This document shows, one piece after another, positions 18,669 through 27,776 of a stretch of DNA of 64,000 nt. Made by a program: the position numbers and the translations under genes. Under the pieces are notes generated by a model that was given only the letters and a program-made list of their open reading frames with translations, was not told the DNA's origin and did no database searches. The stretch covers positions 1,408,001 to 1,472,000 of the forward strand of contig OZ244653.1 in assembly GCA_965218795.1 (NCBI GenBank). Reading direction: 5' to 3'. The stretch is from a bacterium. Lineage in GTDB: Bacteria; UBA8248; JACPRG01; G963555815. Numbering within the stretch: the first letter of the stretch is position 1; each line of letters begins with the position of its first letter.

Positions 18669-19709
18669 ATGGGCTATTCCGAGATTCCGGAGACCGCGCA
18701 ACGGCCTGAGCGCGGTACGCCGGGCGAGATATTCAAGAACATGCCCGAGTGGTACAAGACACGCCACCCGGAAGTGATGCGGTATCGGTGGATTCGCACG
18801 GATTTTGAAAATCGGGCGCTGTTCGAAGGCGAGCCCAACCCCATACGGGTGGAGATAGAAGACCCAAGTTCGCTGACGGAGCATATCAAGGAAAAGGCGC
18901 TGGAGATGGGCGCTGACATCGTCGGCGTTTGCGAGTTCGTGGACGAATTCTTCTTCGCGGACACAGAGCCCCCGGCCCACTCCCACGTCATCTGTTTCGG
19001 CGTCAAGATGGAATTCGACGAGATGAAGCGGGTGGGTCCACGATCCCAGATCGAGGTCCACCGGGTCTATTACAAAATCTTCGATATCAGCGCGCGGCTG
19101 GCCCAGTACATCAGAAGTTTCGGTTATGAAGCCACGGGATACGGCAACGACGGGCCGGTTCTCATGATCCCGTATGCCTGGCTGTCGGGATTGGGCGAGT
19201 TGGGCAAGCACGGCTCGCTGATCACCAAGGAGTTCGGTCCCAGCCTGCGCCTGGGCGCGGTCTCTACCTCCCTCCCGCTGGCCGCGGAGCCCCGGCCGGC
19301 CGATTTTGGCGTCCAGGATTTTTGTACGAACTGCGACCTCTGCTCGAAACACTGCCCCGGGTTGGCCATACCTGATGAGAAGCAGCGCGTCCGCGGGTGG
19401 GATATCTGGCAAGTGGACACGGAAGCCTGTCTCCCTTACTTCAAGAAATATGATGGGTGCAAGCTTTGCCTGATGGTGTGCCCTTACAATCTCGAAGGAA
19501 CCCAAAAGAAGGATTTTCACATCCTGGCCAAGGAGCTGGCCCGCCGGAAGCTCACCGCCGGTGAATTGATCGAGGAGTGGTCGTTGGAGGAACCCATTCC
19601 CGTACCCACGGCCCCCGGTCAAACGGGCCCCCCGGATTACGAGCGACCCAAGAACCTCCCGACGGACTTGAACCTGCCGCCGGATCCGACCCCCAAACCC
19701 ACAACCTAA
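18669..19709 (+). CDS. Reductive dehalogenase-like cobalamin/2x[4Fe-4S] protein (RdhA/QueG superfamily)
   Basis: GADIVG, GLGELGKHG..ITKEFGP..R, FCxxCxxCxxxCP and C..CxxCxxxCP; no twin-arginine signal. Confidence 0.75.
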   Translation: MGYSEIPETAQRPERGTPGEIFKNMPEWYKTRHPEVMRYRWIRTDFENRALFEGEPNPIRVEIEDPSSLTEHIKEKALEMGADIVGVCEFVDEFFFADTEPPAHSHVICFGVKMEFDEMKRVGPRSQIEVHRVYYKIFDISARLAQYIRSFGYEATGYGNDGPVLMIPYAWLSGLGELGKHGSLITKEFGPSLRLGAVSTSLPLAAEPRPADFGVQDFCTNCDLCSKHCPGLAIPDEKQRVRGWDIWQVDTEACLPYFKKYDGCKLCLMVCPYNLEGTQKKDFHILAKELARRKLTAGELIEEWSLEEPIPVPTAPGQTGPPDYERPKNLPTDLNLPPDPTPKPTT

Positions 19710-19768
19710 TTGATGCGTCGCGAATCGATAAGGGCTTGTCATTTCATCCCAGAAAGGATTTTGTGAAC

Positions 19769-19933
19769 ATGCCGCTCTATGAATTCCGTTGCGAGAAATG
19801 CAGGGGAAAATTCACGCTGAAGGTTTCGGTCACCGAATATGAGAAAAAACGTCCGGCCTGCCCGAAATGCAAGAGCCGCAAGGTGTCGCGCATCTTCTCC
19901 ACCGTGATTACCCAGACCGATACAAAAAGCTGA
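19769..19933 (+). CDS. FmdB family zinc-ribbon protein
   Basis: MPLYEFRCEKC...CPKC..., 54 aa, AAGGA RBS. Confidence 0.85.
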   Translation: MPLYEFRCEKCRGKFTLKVSVTEYEKKRPACPKCKSRKVSRIFSTVITQTDTKS

Positions 19934-20002
19934 AAGACGGCAGAGCCCTGTTTGCCAAGATCGACTTTGGAAGAAACGGGAATTTTCTGGGCATCACCTT
20001 GC

Positions 20003-20031
20003 TTGACAGTGAACAGCGGGTTCGGTAGCTT
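20003..20031 (+). promoter_or_regulatory. Putative sigma70 promoter upstream of fhs
   Basis: TTGACA-N17-TAGCTT. Confidence 0.55.
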
Positions 20032-20074
20032 GAATCTGCAAGCCTATTGTCAACCGTTTTCAGAATTGCGCTGG

Positions 20075-20103
20075 GGCCGCAGCGAATGGCTGCGGCCTTT
20101 TCT
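20075..20103 (+). terminator. Terminator-like hairpin in the fhs leader
   Basis: GGCCGCAGC-GAATG-GCTGCGGCC-TTTTCT. Confidence 0.55.
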
Positions 20104-20136
20104 CGGACAAATGAGAGCATTGATTCGGGAGACATC

Positions 20137-21819
20137 ATGTCAATCGGGTCCGACGTAGAGATCGCACAAGCTGCCGAGTTGAATCCCATCGTCGATATTG
20201 CCGATAAACTGGGTCTCGCACAGGATGAGATCGAGCTTTACGGAGACTACAAGGCAAAAGTTCGTCTGGATGCGCTCGATCGCCGAGCCGACGAAAAGGA
20301 CGGACAACTCGTCCTGGTGACCGCCATGACCCCCACGCCATTGGGTGAAGGAAAGACGCTTACGACCGTCGGCCTGGGCCAGGCGATGGCTCATCTGGGG
20401 AAGAGAAGCATGATCTGCATCCGCGAGCCTTCCCTTGGGCCGGTATTCGGCATCAAAGGGGGCGCGGCCGGCGGGGGAATGTCGCAGGTCCTGCCGATGG
20501 AAGACATCAACCTCCACTTCACCGGAGACATTCACGCAGTCACATCCGCCCACAACCTTCTCGCCGCCATGCTGGACGCCCACATCTTCCACGGCAACGA
20601 GTGCGAGCTGGACATTAACCAAATCAGCTGGAAGCGCGTTCTCGACATGAACGATCGCGCCCTCCGGAACACGGTGGTCGGACTGGGTGGCAAGGCCCAC
20701 GGCATACCGCGGCAAGACGGTTTCATGATCACGGCGGCATCCGAGATCATGGCCGTTCTGTGCCTGGCAAGCGACCCTCGGGACCTCAAGGCGCGGGTTG
20801 GGCGAATCGTCGTCGGATTCACCAAAAAGGGGACGCCGGTCACCGCCTCCGATCTACAAGCCTCGGGCGCCCTGGCGCTTCTTCTGAAAGACGCCATCAA
20901 GCCCAACCTTGTCCAGACCCTGGAGCATTCGCCCGCGTTCATCCACGGAGGACCGTTCGGGAACATCGCCCACGGAACGAACTCCATCATCGCCGACCGT
21001 CTGGCCCTCAAGCTCGCCGATGTCGTGATCGTCGAGGCGGGCTTCGGATCGGACCTGGGCGCGGAAAAATTCTTCAACATCACCGCGCGGACCGCGGGTT
21101 TCAACGTCAACGCCGTCGTTTTGGTGGCCACCATCCGCGCGCTGAAACTCCACGGAGGCGTCCCGTTCGACAAGGAAAAGCTCGGCCAGGAAAATCTGGA
21201 GGCTCTGAAGAAGGGATTCGAAAACCTCCAAGCCCACATAGAGAATCAGAGCAACTACGGCGCGCCCGTGATCGTCGCCATCAACCGATTCGCAACGGAT
21301 ACCGATGCCGAAGTCGATCTCATCAAGAAACTGGTCGAGGAGGTGGGCGCTTCCTGCGGATCGCACGAGCTGCACGGGAAGGGGGGAGAAGGAGGCCTGG
21401 AGCTGGCGGAGACGGTCTTTGATCGGGCGATGTCCAACGACAAGCCGTACACACCGCTCTACCCGCTGGATATGGCGCTGGACAAGAAGATCGAGACCCT
21501 CGCGAGGAAGATTTACGGGGCGGATAGGGTCGTTTTCGAGGCGGGCGCGGCACGGAATCTCAAAATGCTGGCCGATCTCGGGTACGGGGACCTCCCTGTA
21601 TGCGTGGCCAAGACCCAGGCGTCACTGTCCGATAATCCCAAGCTTTTGGGCAGGCCCCAAGGCTATACGATGAACGTCCGGGACGCATACGTATCCGCGG
21701 GCGCCGGATTCGTTGTGGCCATTGCGGGCAGCGTCATGCAGATGCCGGGGCTGGGCAAGGTCCCGGCGGCGGCCGGGATGGACATCGATTTGGAAGGGAG
21801 AATCACGGGTTTGTTCTGA
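20137..21819 (+). CDS. fhs: Formate-tetrahydrofolate ligase
   Basis: TPTPLGEGKT, REPSLGP.FG.KGGAAGGG, INLHFTGD, HGGPFGNIAHG, MPGL. Confidence 0.97.
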   Translation: MSIGSDVEIAQAAELNPIVDIADKLGLAQDEIELYGDYKAKVRLDALDRRADEKDGQLVLVTAMTPTPLGEGKTLTTVGLGQAMAHLGKRSMICIREPSLGPVFGIKGGAAGGGMSQVLPMEDINLHFTGDIHAVTSAHNLLAAMLDAHIFHGNECELDINQISWKRVLDMNDRALRNTVVGLGGKAHGIPRQDGFMITAASEIMAVLCLASDPRDLKARVGRIVVGFTKKGTPVTASDLQASGALALLLKDAIKPNLVQTLEHSPAFIHGGPFGNIAHGTNSIIADRLALKLADVVIVEAGFGSDLGAEKFFNITARTAGFNVNAVVLVATIRALKLHGGVPFDKEKLGQENLEALKKGFENLQAHIENQSNYGAPVIVAINRFATDTDAEVDLIKKLVEEVGASCGSHELHGKGGEGGLELAETVFDRAMSNDKPYTPLYPLDMALDKKIETLARKIYGADRVVFEAGAARNLKMLADLGYGDLPVCVAKTQASLSDNPKLLGRPQGYTMNVRDAYVSAGAGFVVAIAGSVMQMPGLGKVPAAAGMDIDLEGRITGLF

Positions 21820-21931
21820 GCTCCCTTCGGGAAAGGCTCGTATGGAGCAGGTGGGACCTCATGTCTACGTCGATCCGTCTCACGGACCGTGTACCGTGGG
21901 GGCCATTCGGAGCTCCATCGGATTCAACTTC

Positions 21932-22690
21932 TCACGTGAACGGCCCCGAGACGCTCAACGACGCTTGATATTTCCGGATGGACCGGCCGGCAGCCGCAAA
22001 AAAGACCGCCGCCGGGATGAGGACAAGGAATTCGTACCCCAAGACAGCCCGGTAACTCCCCGTTGACTCGAACGCCCAACCCGCCAGCCACGGGCCCGCC
22101 GCGCCTCCGATTCCGAACCCGATGGTCAGAAATCCCAGGATCGCTCCGAAGTTCTTTCCGCGGTACATGTCGGAGCTCAACGAAGTCGTCTGACCGATCA
22201 TGCCGCCGACCCCGCCGGCAAAGAGAAGCGCAAACAGATAGAGACCCCACACGGAATCCGGCGACCGGTGGAAGAATAGAACGACCATCCCCCCTGCCGC
22301 CAGACCCGCTCCCCCGATGAACGTCTTGACCCGCCCGATTCGATCCGAGAACCCGACGACGACGATCCGGTTGACGATGGAAACCCCGCCGCTGAGCGCC
22401 AGGACGCCGGCCCCCAACAGCGGCGAATGCCCGATGCCGTCGGTCAACGCCACAAAGGGGGTCTTATTGAAGGAGATGGGTACCGATGAAGTGAATGGAG
22501 GTTGTCAGACAAAGCCAAGCCACCGGGATCGTCCAAATGGGGTGGGTCCGCCGGGCCCTGCTGGGAGTATCCGGCTTGCACGGCGCGTCCATCAACCGAG
22601 GCGGCAGAATCATCCAGCACCTCCAAGCCGCCCGAGCAACCCGGTTTTCCGCCGCAGCGAAGATCTTCGCTGCGCTTGACGCAGCCAACG
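21932..22690 (-). pseudogene. MFS transporter C-terminal fragment, truncated and frameshifted
   Basis: G.FSDRIGR, GPWLAGWAFESTGSY; upstream piece in another frame ends in TAA; N-terminal half missing. Confidence 0.7.
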
Positions 22691-22809
22691 AACGTCTGAT
22701 GATATTCTCCGGTCTGTTCCCACCGTTGCGAGAGATCAGTCCGCATGGCGGACGCCCACCGGGCTGAGACGATTCTGGATTGAAGGATCAAAAATGGGAG
22801 ACCCGCGCA

Positions 22810-23595
22810 ATGAGTCTGATCGTGGACAAGCAAGACCGAACTCTGACCGTTACGATGGACCGCCCCGAGGCGCTGAACGCCCTGGACCCAGAGACCCGGA
22901 TCGAGATGACTGAGGCGTTTGATGAATTCCGGGGGAACGACGACCTCTGGGTCGCCATCCTGACCGGGAGCGGAGAGAAGGCCTTCTGCGCCGGGGCGGA
23001 CATCAAAAAGACCATTGCGCCCGTGCTGGATGAATCGGTCTGGACCAAACGGCAGACTTACCTGCGCGCCCGGGACATTTATCCCGCCCTCGAGAATCAG
23101 ACCAAGCCTGTCATCGCAGCCATCAACGGTTACGCCATGGGCGGAGGATTGGAGCTGGCGCTTTGCTGCGATATCCGGCTCGCTTCCGAAAACGCGAAAC
23201 TCGGCCTGCCGGAGGTGAACATCGGGATCATGCCGGGCTCAGGCGGCACACAGCGGCTGGCCCGGGTCGTGGGCATGGCCCACGCCCTCGACATGACGCT
23301 CACCGGCGCGCACATCGACGCCGAACATGCCCTGCGCATCGGCCTCGTGACACGCGTTGTCCCGTTTTCAGACTTGATGAAGTCGGCCCGGGAACTCGCC
23401 GAGACGATTTGCCGGAAGGCGCCCCTGGGCGTGCGATTTTCGAAAGAGGCCATCCGCAGAGGGAACGAGATGAACCTCTCCGACGGCCTCGCCTTCGAAA
23501 ACGCCCTGTTCACGCTCCTGAGAGGAACTCTGGACGCCAAGGAGGGAACGACGGCCTTCGCCGAAAAACGAAAACCGGACTTCAAGGCCGACTAG
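22810..23595 (+). CDS. Enoyl-CoA hydratase/isomerase
   Basis: RPEALNA, FCAGAD, AMGGGLEL, GLPEVNIGIMPGSGGTQRL. Confidence 0.93.
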   Translation: MSLIVDKQDRTLTVTMDRPEALNALDPETRIEMTEAFDEFRGNDDLWVAILTGSGEKAFCAGADIKKTIAPVLDESVWTKRQTYLRARDIYPALENQTKPVIAAINGYAMGGGLELALCCDIRLASENAKLGLPEVNIGIMPGSGGTQRLARVVGMAHALDMTLTGAHIDAEHALRIGLVTRVVPFSDLMKSARELAETICRKAPLGVRFSKEAIRRGNEMNLSDGLAFENALFTLLRGTLDAKEGTTAFAEKRKPDFKAD

Positions 23596-23809
23596 AAAAT
23601 CTTTGGGGGGACACTTTGGAAATGCCCCACCTCCTGGAAAACGTTTGACGGTCGGGCAAGGTCCAGCTTGCTCGCGGCGGTACTCTGCGTACCATTTCGT
23701 TCTTACGCGCGGAGCGTCCCTTTGACCGGAGCCGGGAGCAGGCCGGAGGAATGCGTATATCCGGGCAAGGCGCCATGAAGAGTTGCGAGCAAGAAAGGTT
23801 GATTTCATA

Positions 23810-23847
23810 CGCAAGAGGACGGCGCCTGCAGGCGCCGCCCTCTTGCG
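23810..23847. terminator. Strong hairpin between convergent genes
   Basis: CGCAAGAGGACGGCGCC-TGCA-GGCGCCGCCCTCTTGCG. Confidence 0.55.
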
Positions 23848-23911
23848 CGAAATGAATATATTTGAAGGGGGGGTTGGGGAGACGATTTTTGAAATGTCCC
23901 CCCCCAAGAAT

Positions 23912-26227
23912 CTATACCGTTGCGGCTGCCGCCTCGATTCGGCTGAGGACATACTCCGGCGTCAGGGGAATCCGGTCGAACGTCGCGCCCGTGGCCGCGC
24001 TGACCGCGCTCGCGATGGCGGCGGCCGTCGCCACGACAGGCGCTTCTCCGATTCCTTTCGTTCCCATCGCCCCTTGATCGGACTGGCTTTCCACGACGAT
24101 GGTGTCGAACTCCGGGATGTCCGGGGCCAGCGGCACCTTGTAATCGAGGAAGCTGGGGTTGAGCAGGTGACCCTTATCGTCGAAGAACATCTGCTCGGTG
24201 AGGCCCATTCCGAGCGACTGAATCGTGCCGCCCTCGATCTGGCCCTCCACGCCGATGGGATTGATGGCGAATCCCGCGTCGCAAGCCGAGGCGATTTTCA
24301 ACACCTTCACATTTCCGGTTTCCCGATCGACCTCCACCTCCGCGGCCTGGGCCACGAACGCGGGCTGGCCGAAGCTGGGGATGGCCAGCGCCACCTCGAC
24401 ATCCGGGCCCGGCGGCCAGGGCAGGCCGTTGAACGAGCCGCTGGCCATCATGGGTCCTTGCGAACCGGGCTTGCCGGCCGTCGCGCAGAGCAGACCCAAC
24501 GGGATGGCCTTCTCCGGCGCGCTTCGAACGAACACCTTGCCCTCCTCGAATTCCACTTCATCGGGGTCCGCTTCCAGCATGCCGGCGCCCCGCTTCCGGA
24601 TCTCCCGCTTCAACTCTTCGATGGCCGCGCCGACCGCCCGTACGTGGTTGTACGTAGAACGGCTCCCGACCGTCCCGTAATCCCACGGGCCGGTCTCCGT
24701 GTCGCCGGAAGAGATGTTGATCTTGTCGACATCGATCCCCAGCTCATTCGAGATGAAGATGGGAAGCCCTCCGTGGACGTTGCCTGTGCCGTGATCGACG
24801 AAACCCGTGATGAGGCTGACCGTACTGTCCTCGTTCATCTTGATCGTGGCGGACGAGCCCATCCCGATCAGTGTGGCGAACCAACCGACAGCAACGCCCA
24901 CGCCCCGTCCTTCGGGTCTGTCATCCGCCCAACCCATCGACTCCTTCACTTTCTGGAGACCTTCCTTGAGGCCGACGCCGCCCAGTTCCTGTCCCGAGGG
25001 ACCCAGGTCGCCGGGATTGACGCAGTTCTTCATCCGCATCTCGAGCCGGTCCATGCCGATCGCGTCCGCGAGGCGATCGGTGTGGCCCTCGACGGCAAAG
25101 GCGGCCTGCGGCCCGCCCGGCCCCCGGACGAGCGAGAAACTCGGCAGGTTGGTGAACACGGCCAGGGTCTGAATCAGCAGGTTCGGAATGTTGTAGGGGG
25201 CGCCCGCCGCGTTGGTCACCAAGGAGACCATGACGGGCGCCAACATCACGCTGTGACCCGTGTTCATGATGATGCGGATCTGCCTCGCCACGATCTCACC
25301 CGTGTTCTTGACCCCCGAGCGCACATGGATGGTCATCGGGTGCCTGGGTTGCGTGATCTCGAACTCTTCCTCCCGCGTCATGACATAGCGCGCGGGTCGA
25401 TTGGACTTGAGCGCCAAGGCCGCGATCATCGGCTCAACCCATACCTGGCACTTGGAGCCGAAGCCTCCTCCCACCGTCGGCGCGATGACGCGGACCTTGG
25501 AAATCGGGATGTGCAGGCCGTGGGCGGTCACCTCACGCACGCCGAATGGCACCTGTGTGGACGTCCAGATCGTCACCCCGTCGCCTCCCTGCGAAGGGGC
25601 CGCCACAACGCCGTGGGTCTCGATCGGAGAGCCCTGAACGGCCGGGATCTCGAAGGTGTCCTCGATGATCTCGTCCGCTTCGGCGAACCCTTTGTCGGGG
25701 TCGCCCTTCCTGATCATCCCCTTCCAGCAGAGGTTGTGATCCGTCATCATCTTGTGTGCATCGGCGGCCGGCGGGATGACTTCGTAGGATGGATACTCCT
25801 CGTGGAGCACCGGGGCGCCCGGGTCCATCGCTTGTTCGGCCGAGACAACGGCGGGAAGCTCTTCATATTCAACCTGGACCAGATCGACGGCCCGCTTGGC
25901 CGTTTCCATGTCTTCGGCGGCGACCGCCGCCACAATATCGCCGACGTACCGGACCTTCTCTTTCGCGAACAGCCTCTGGTCCATCACGACTTCGCCGACC
26001 CGGACATCGGGAACGTCAGCGTGGGTGACCACGCCTGCCACGCCGGGCAGGGCCTCGGCGGCCGATGTGTCGATCGACTTGATCCGGGCGTGGGCCAGGG
26101 GAGACTTGACGAATCGGACTTGCGTCATGCCGGGGAGCTTCAGGTCCGCCAGGTACTGGGAGGCCCCCATTGCTTTCTCCCGACCGTCAAGCCTCGGAAC
26201 CCGCGTTCCGATGGAAGCTTGCACCAT
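23912..26227 (-). CDS. Xanthine dehydrogenase family molybdopterin-binding (large) subunit
   Basis: SPLAHA, STQ, GGGFGSK, EGQIEGG, KGIGE. Confidence 0.93.
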   Translation of the reverse strand: MVQASIGTRVPRLDGREKAMGASQYLADLKLPGMTQVRFVKSPLAHARIKSIDTSAAEALPGVAGVVTHADVPDVRVGEVVMDQRLFAKEKVRYVGDIVAAVAAEDMETAKRAVDLVQVEYEELPAVVSAEQAMDPGAPVLHEEYPSYEVIPPAADAHKMMTDHNLCWKGMIRKGDPDKGFAEADEIIEDTFEIPAVQGSPIETHGVVAAPSQGGDGVTIWTSTQVPFGVREVTAHGLHIPISKVRVIAPTVGGGFGSKCQVWVEPMIAALALKSNRPARYVMTREEEFEITQPRHPMTIHVRSGVKNTGEIVARQIRIIMNTGHSVMLAPVMVSLVTNAAGAPYNIPNLLIQTLAVFTNLPSFSLVRGPGGPQAAFAVEGHTDRLADAIGMDRLEMRMKNCVNPGDLGPSGQELGGVGLKEGLQKVKESMGWADDRPEGRGVGVAVGWFATLIGMGSSATIKMNEDSTVSLITGFVDHGTGNVHGGLPIFISNELGIDVDKINISSGDTETGPWDYGTVGSRSTYNHVRAVGAAIEELKREIRKRGAGMLEADPDEVEFEEGKVFVRSAPEKAIPLGLLCATAGKPGSQGPMMASGSFNGLPWPPGPDVEVALAIPSFGQPAFVAQAAEVEVDRETGNVKVLKIASACDAGFAINPIGVEGQIEGGTIQSLGMGLTEQMFFDDKGHLLNPSFLDYKVPLAPDIPEFDTIVVESQSDQGAMGTKGIGEAPVVATAAAIASAVSAATGATFDRIPLTPEYVLSRIEAAAATV

Positions 26228-26299
26228 GCTCTCTCTCCTCATTCGGTCTGAGAGTCGATGTGGACGCGGATTTCTTCAATTTTCCGCGCCGCCAACTGG

Positions 26300-26770
26300 T
26301 CACTTTGAGCCGGCCATGGTCTCCGCCGCGGCCCTCACCGACTGGAAGATCTTGATATAGCCCGTGCATCGGCAGAGGTTTCCCGCCAGGGCTTCTCGGA
26401 TTTCCTGGTCGGACGGATTGGGGTTGCTGCGCAGGAGCGCGTCCGCCGACATAATCATGCCAGGGATGCAGAACCCGCATTGAATCCCCCCGTTATCCAC
26501 GAAGGCCCCTTGGACGGGATTCAGGTCGCCGTCCTGCACGAGCCCTTCCACTGTCCGGATATCTCTCCCCTCGGCGTCTGCGGCGAGGAGGAGGCAGGCG
26601 TTGATCGCCCGACCGTCCACCTGCAGGGTGCAGGCCCCGCAATCGCCTTCGCCGCAACCTTCCTTCGTCCCGGTCAGGTGGAGGCGGTCTCGGAGAGCGT
26701 CGAGCAGGGTCTCATCCGGCCGAACCGATAGGGTGTGCGTTCGTCCATTCACATTGAGCGTGCATTCCAT
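26300..26770 (-). CDS. XDH-family 2x[2Fe-2S] small subunit (CoxS-like)
   Basis: GTKEGCGEGDCGAC, QCGFC, GNLCRCTGY. Confidence 0.95.
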   Translation of the reverse strand: MECTLNVNGRTHTLSVRPDETLLDALRDRLHLTGTKEGCGEGDCGACTLQVDGRAINACLLLAADAEGRDIRTVEGLVQDGDLNPVQGAFVDNGGIQCGFCIPGMIMSADALLRSNPNPSDQEIREALAGNLCRCTGYIKIFQSVRAAAETMAGSK

Positions 26771-26784
26771 CCCCGCCTCTCCTT

Positions 26785-27639
26785 TCATCGACTGGAAGCC
26801 TGGGCGAGCGCCCGGCGGGTCAAAACGGCAACCATCTTCCTCCGGTATGTCCCGGAGGCTCGAATATCATCGATCGGTTTGGATTCCGCGGCCGCCGCCT
26901 CCCCCGCCCGGGCGAAAACCTCCGCCGAGGGCGTATTGCCTTCGACCGCGTCGGCGGCGGACTTTGCCAGGAAAGGCGTCGGGGCCACAGCACCCAGGGC
27001 GATGCGGACCATCGAGCATGTCCCGTTGTTCACGGTCATGGAAGCCGCTACGCCCACCATGGCGATCTCCATGGCGCTTCGGATCCCGAGCTTCCGGTAA
27101 TTTGCCCCCGACCCTTCGGCGGGCGTGGGGACGCGAATTTCCGTCAGGATTTCATCCCCGGCCAAAGCCGTTTGATTGGGACCCAGAAAGAATTCATTGA
27201 GCGGGACCGTCCGCTCCCCCCCCGGCCCGAACAGAACGACCGAAGCGTCCAGCGCCAGAAAGGGCGGGGCAAAATCGGCCGACGGCGCCGCATGGCAGAG
27301 GTTCCCCGCCACCGAAGCGGCGTTTCGGACGGGCGGGCCCGCGATGGTCTTCCCCGTCTCGCCCAGGACCGGATATCTCACCCGGACGTCTTCGTTCTCA
27401 ATCAGCTCCGAATGGGTCACCAGGGCGCCGATGCGCAACCCGTCGTCCGGATTGAAGATCAGACAGCGAAGCTCATCGATCCGGTTCAGACTGACCACGA
27501 TTTCCGGCGTCACCTTCCCTGCGCGAAGCAGAACGACCAAATCCGTTCCCCCCGCGAGCACCCTGGCCTTCCCCTGGTGTTCCGTCAGGAGGGCGACGGC
27601 CTCTTCCTTTCCGGCCGGTCGAAACAGTTCTTTCACCAC
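26785..27639 (-). CDS. XDH-family FAD-binding medium subunit (CoxM-like)
   Basis: LAGGTDL, RN.ASVAGN, PSAD, DIRAS..YR; GTG start inferred. Confidence 0.93.
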   Translation of the reverse strand: MVKELFRPAGKEEAVALLTEHQGKARVLAGGTDLVVLLRAGKVTPEIVVSLNRIDELRCLIFNPDDGLRIGALVTHSELIENEDVRVRYPVLGETGKTIAGPPVRNAASVAGNLCHAAPSADFAPPFLALDASVVLFGPGGERTVPLNEFFLGPNQTALAGDEILTEIRVPTPAEGSGANYRKLGIRSAMEIAMVGVAASMTVNNGTCSMVRIALGAVAPTPFLAKSAADAVEGNTPSAEVFARAGEAAAAESKPIDDIRASGTYRRKMVAVLTRRALAQASSR

Positions 27640-27776
27640 GGCATTCGACCTCCCCTCATTGGGTTTTAAGCGCGATGGACCGAGAGAATCCAAACGATCC
27701 ACCCATAGGTCAGAATCGGCTCAGCCGGCCAGCGGGCCGGTTCCGCCGGAGTCGGTGATTCAACAACCGCCGCGGA

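Noticed and set aside
22444-22470. Selenocysteine readthrough in the MFS fragment
   Set aside because: The stop is TAA and the frames differ
23783-26251. Long antisense ORFs (e.g. 23783-26251, 15644-17026, 7839-9245, 33663-34943)
   Set aside because: These are shadow ORFs of well-supported genes in high-GC DNA, with no family motifs
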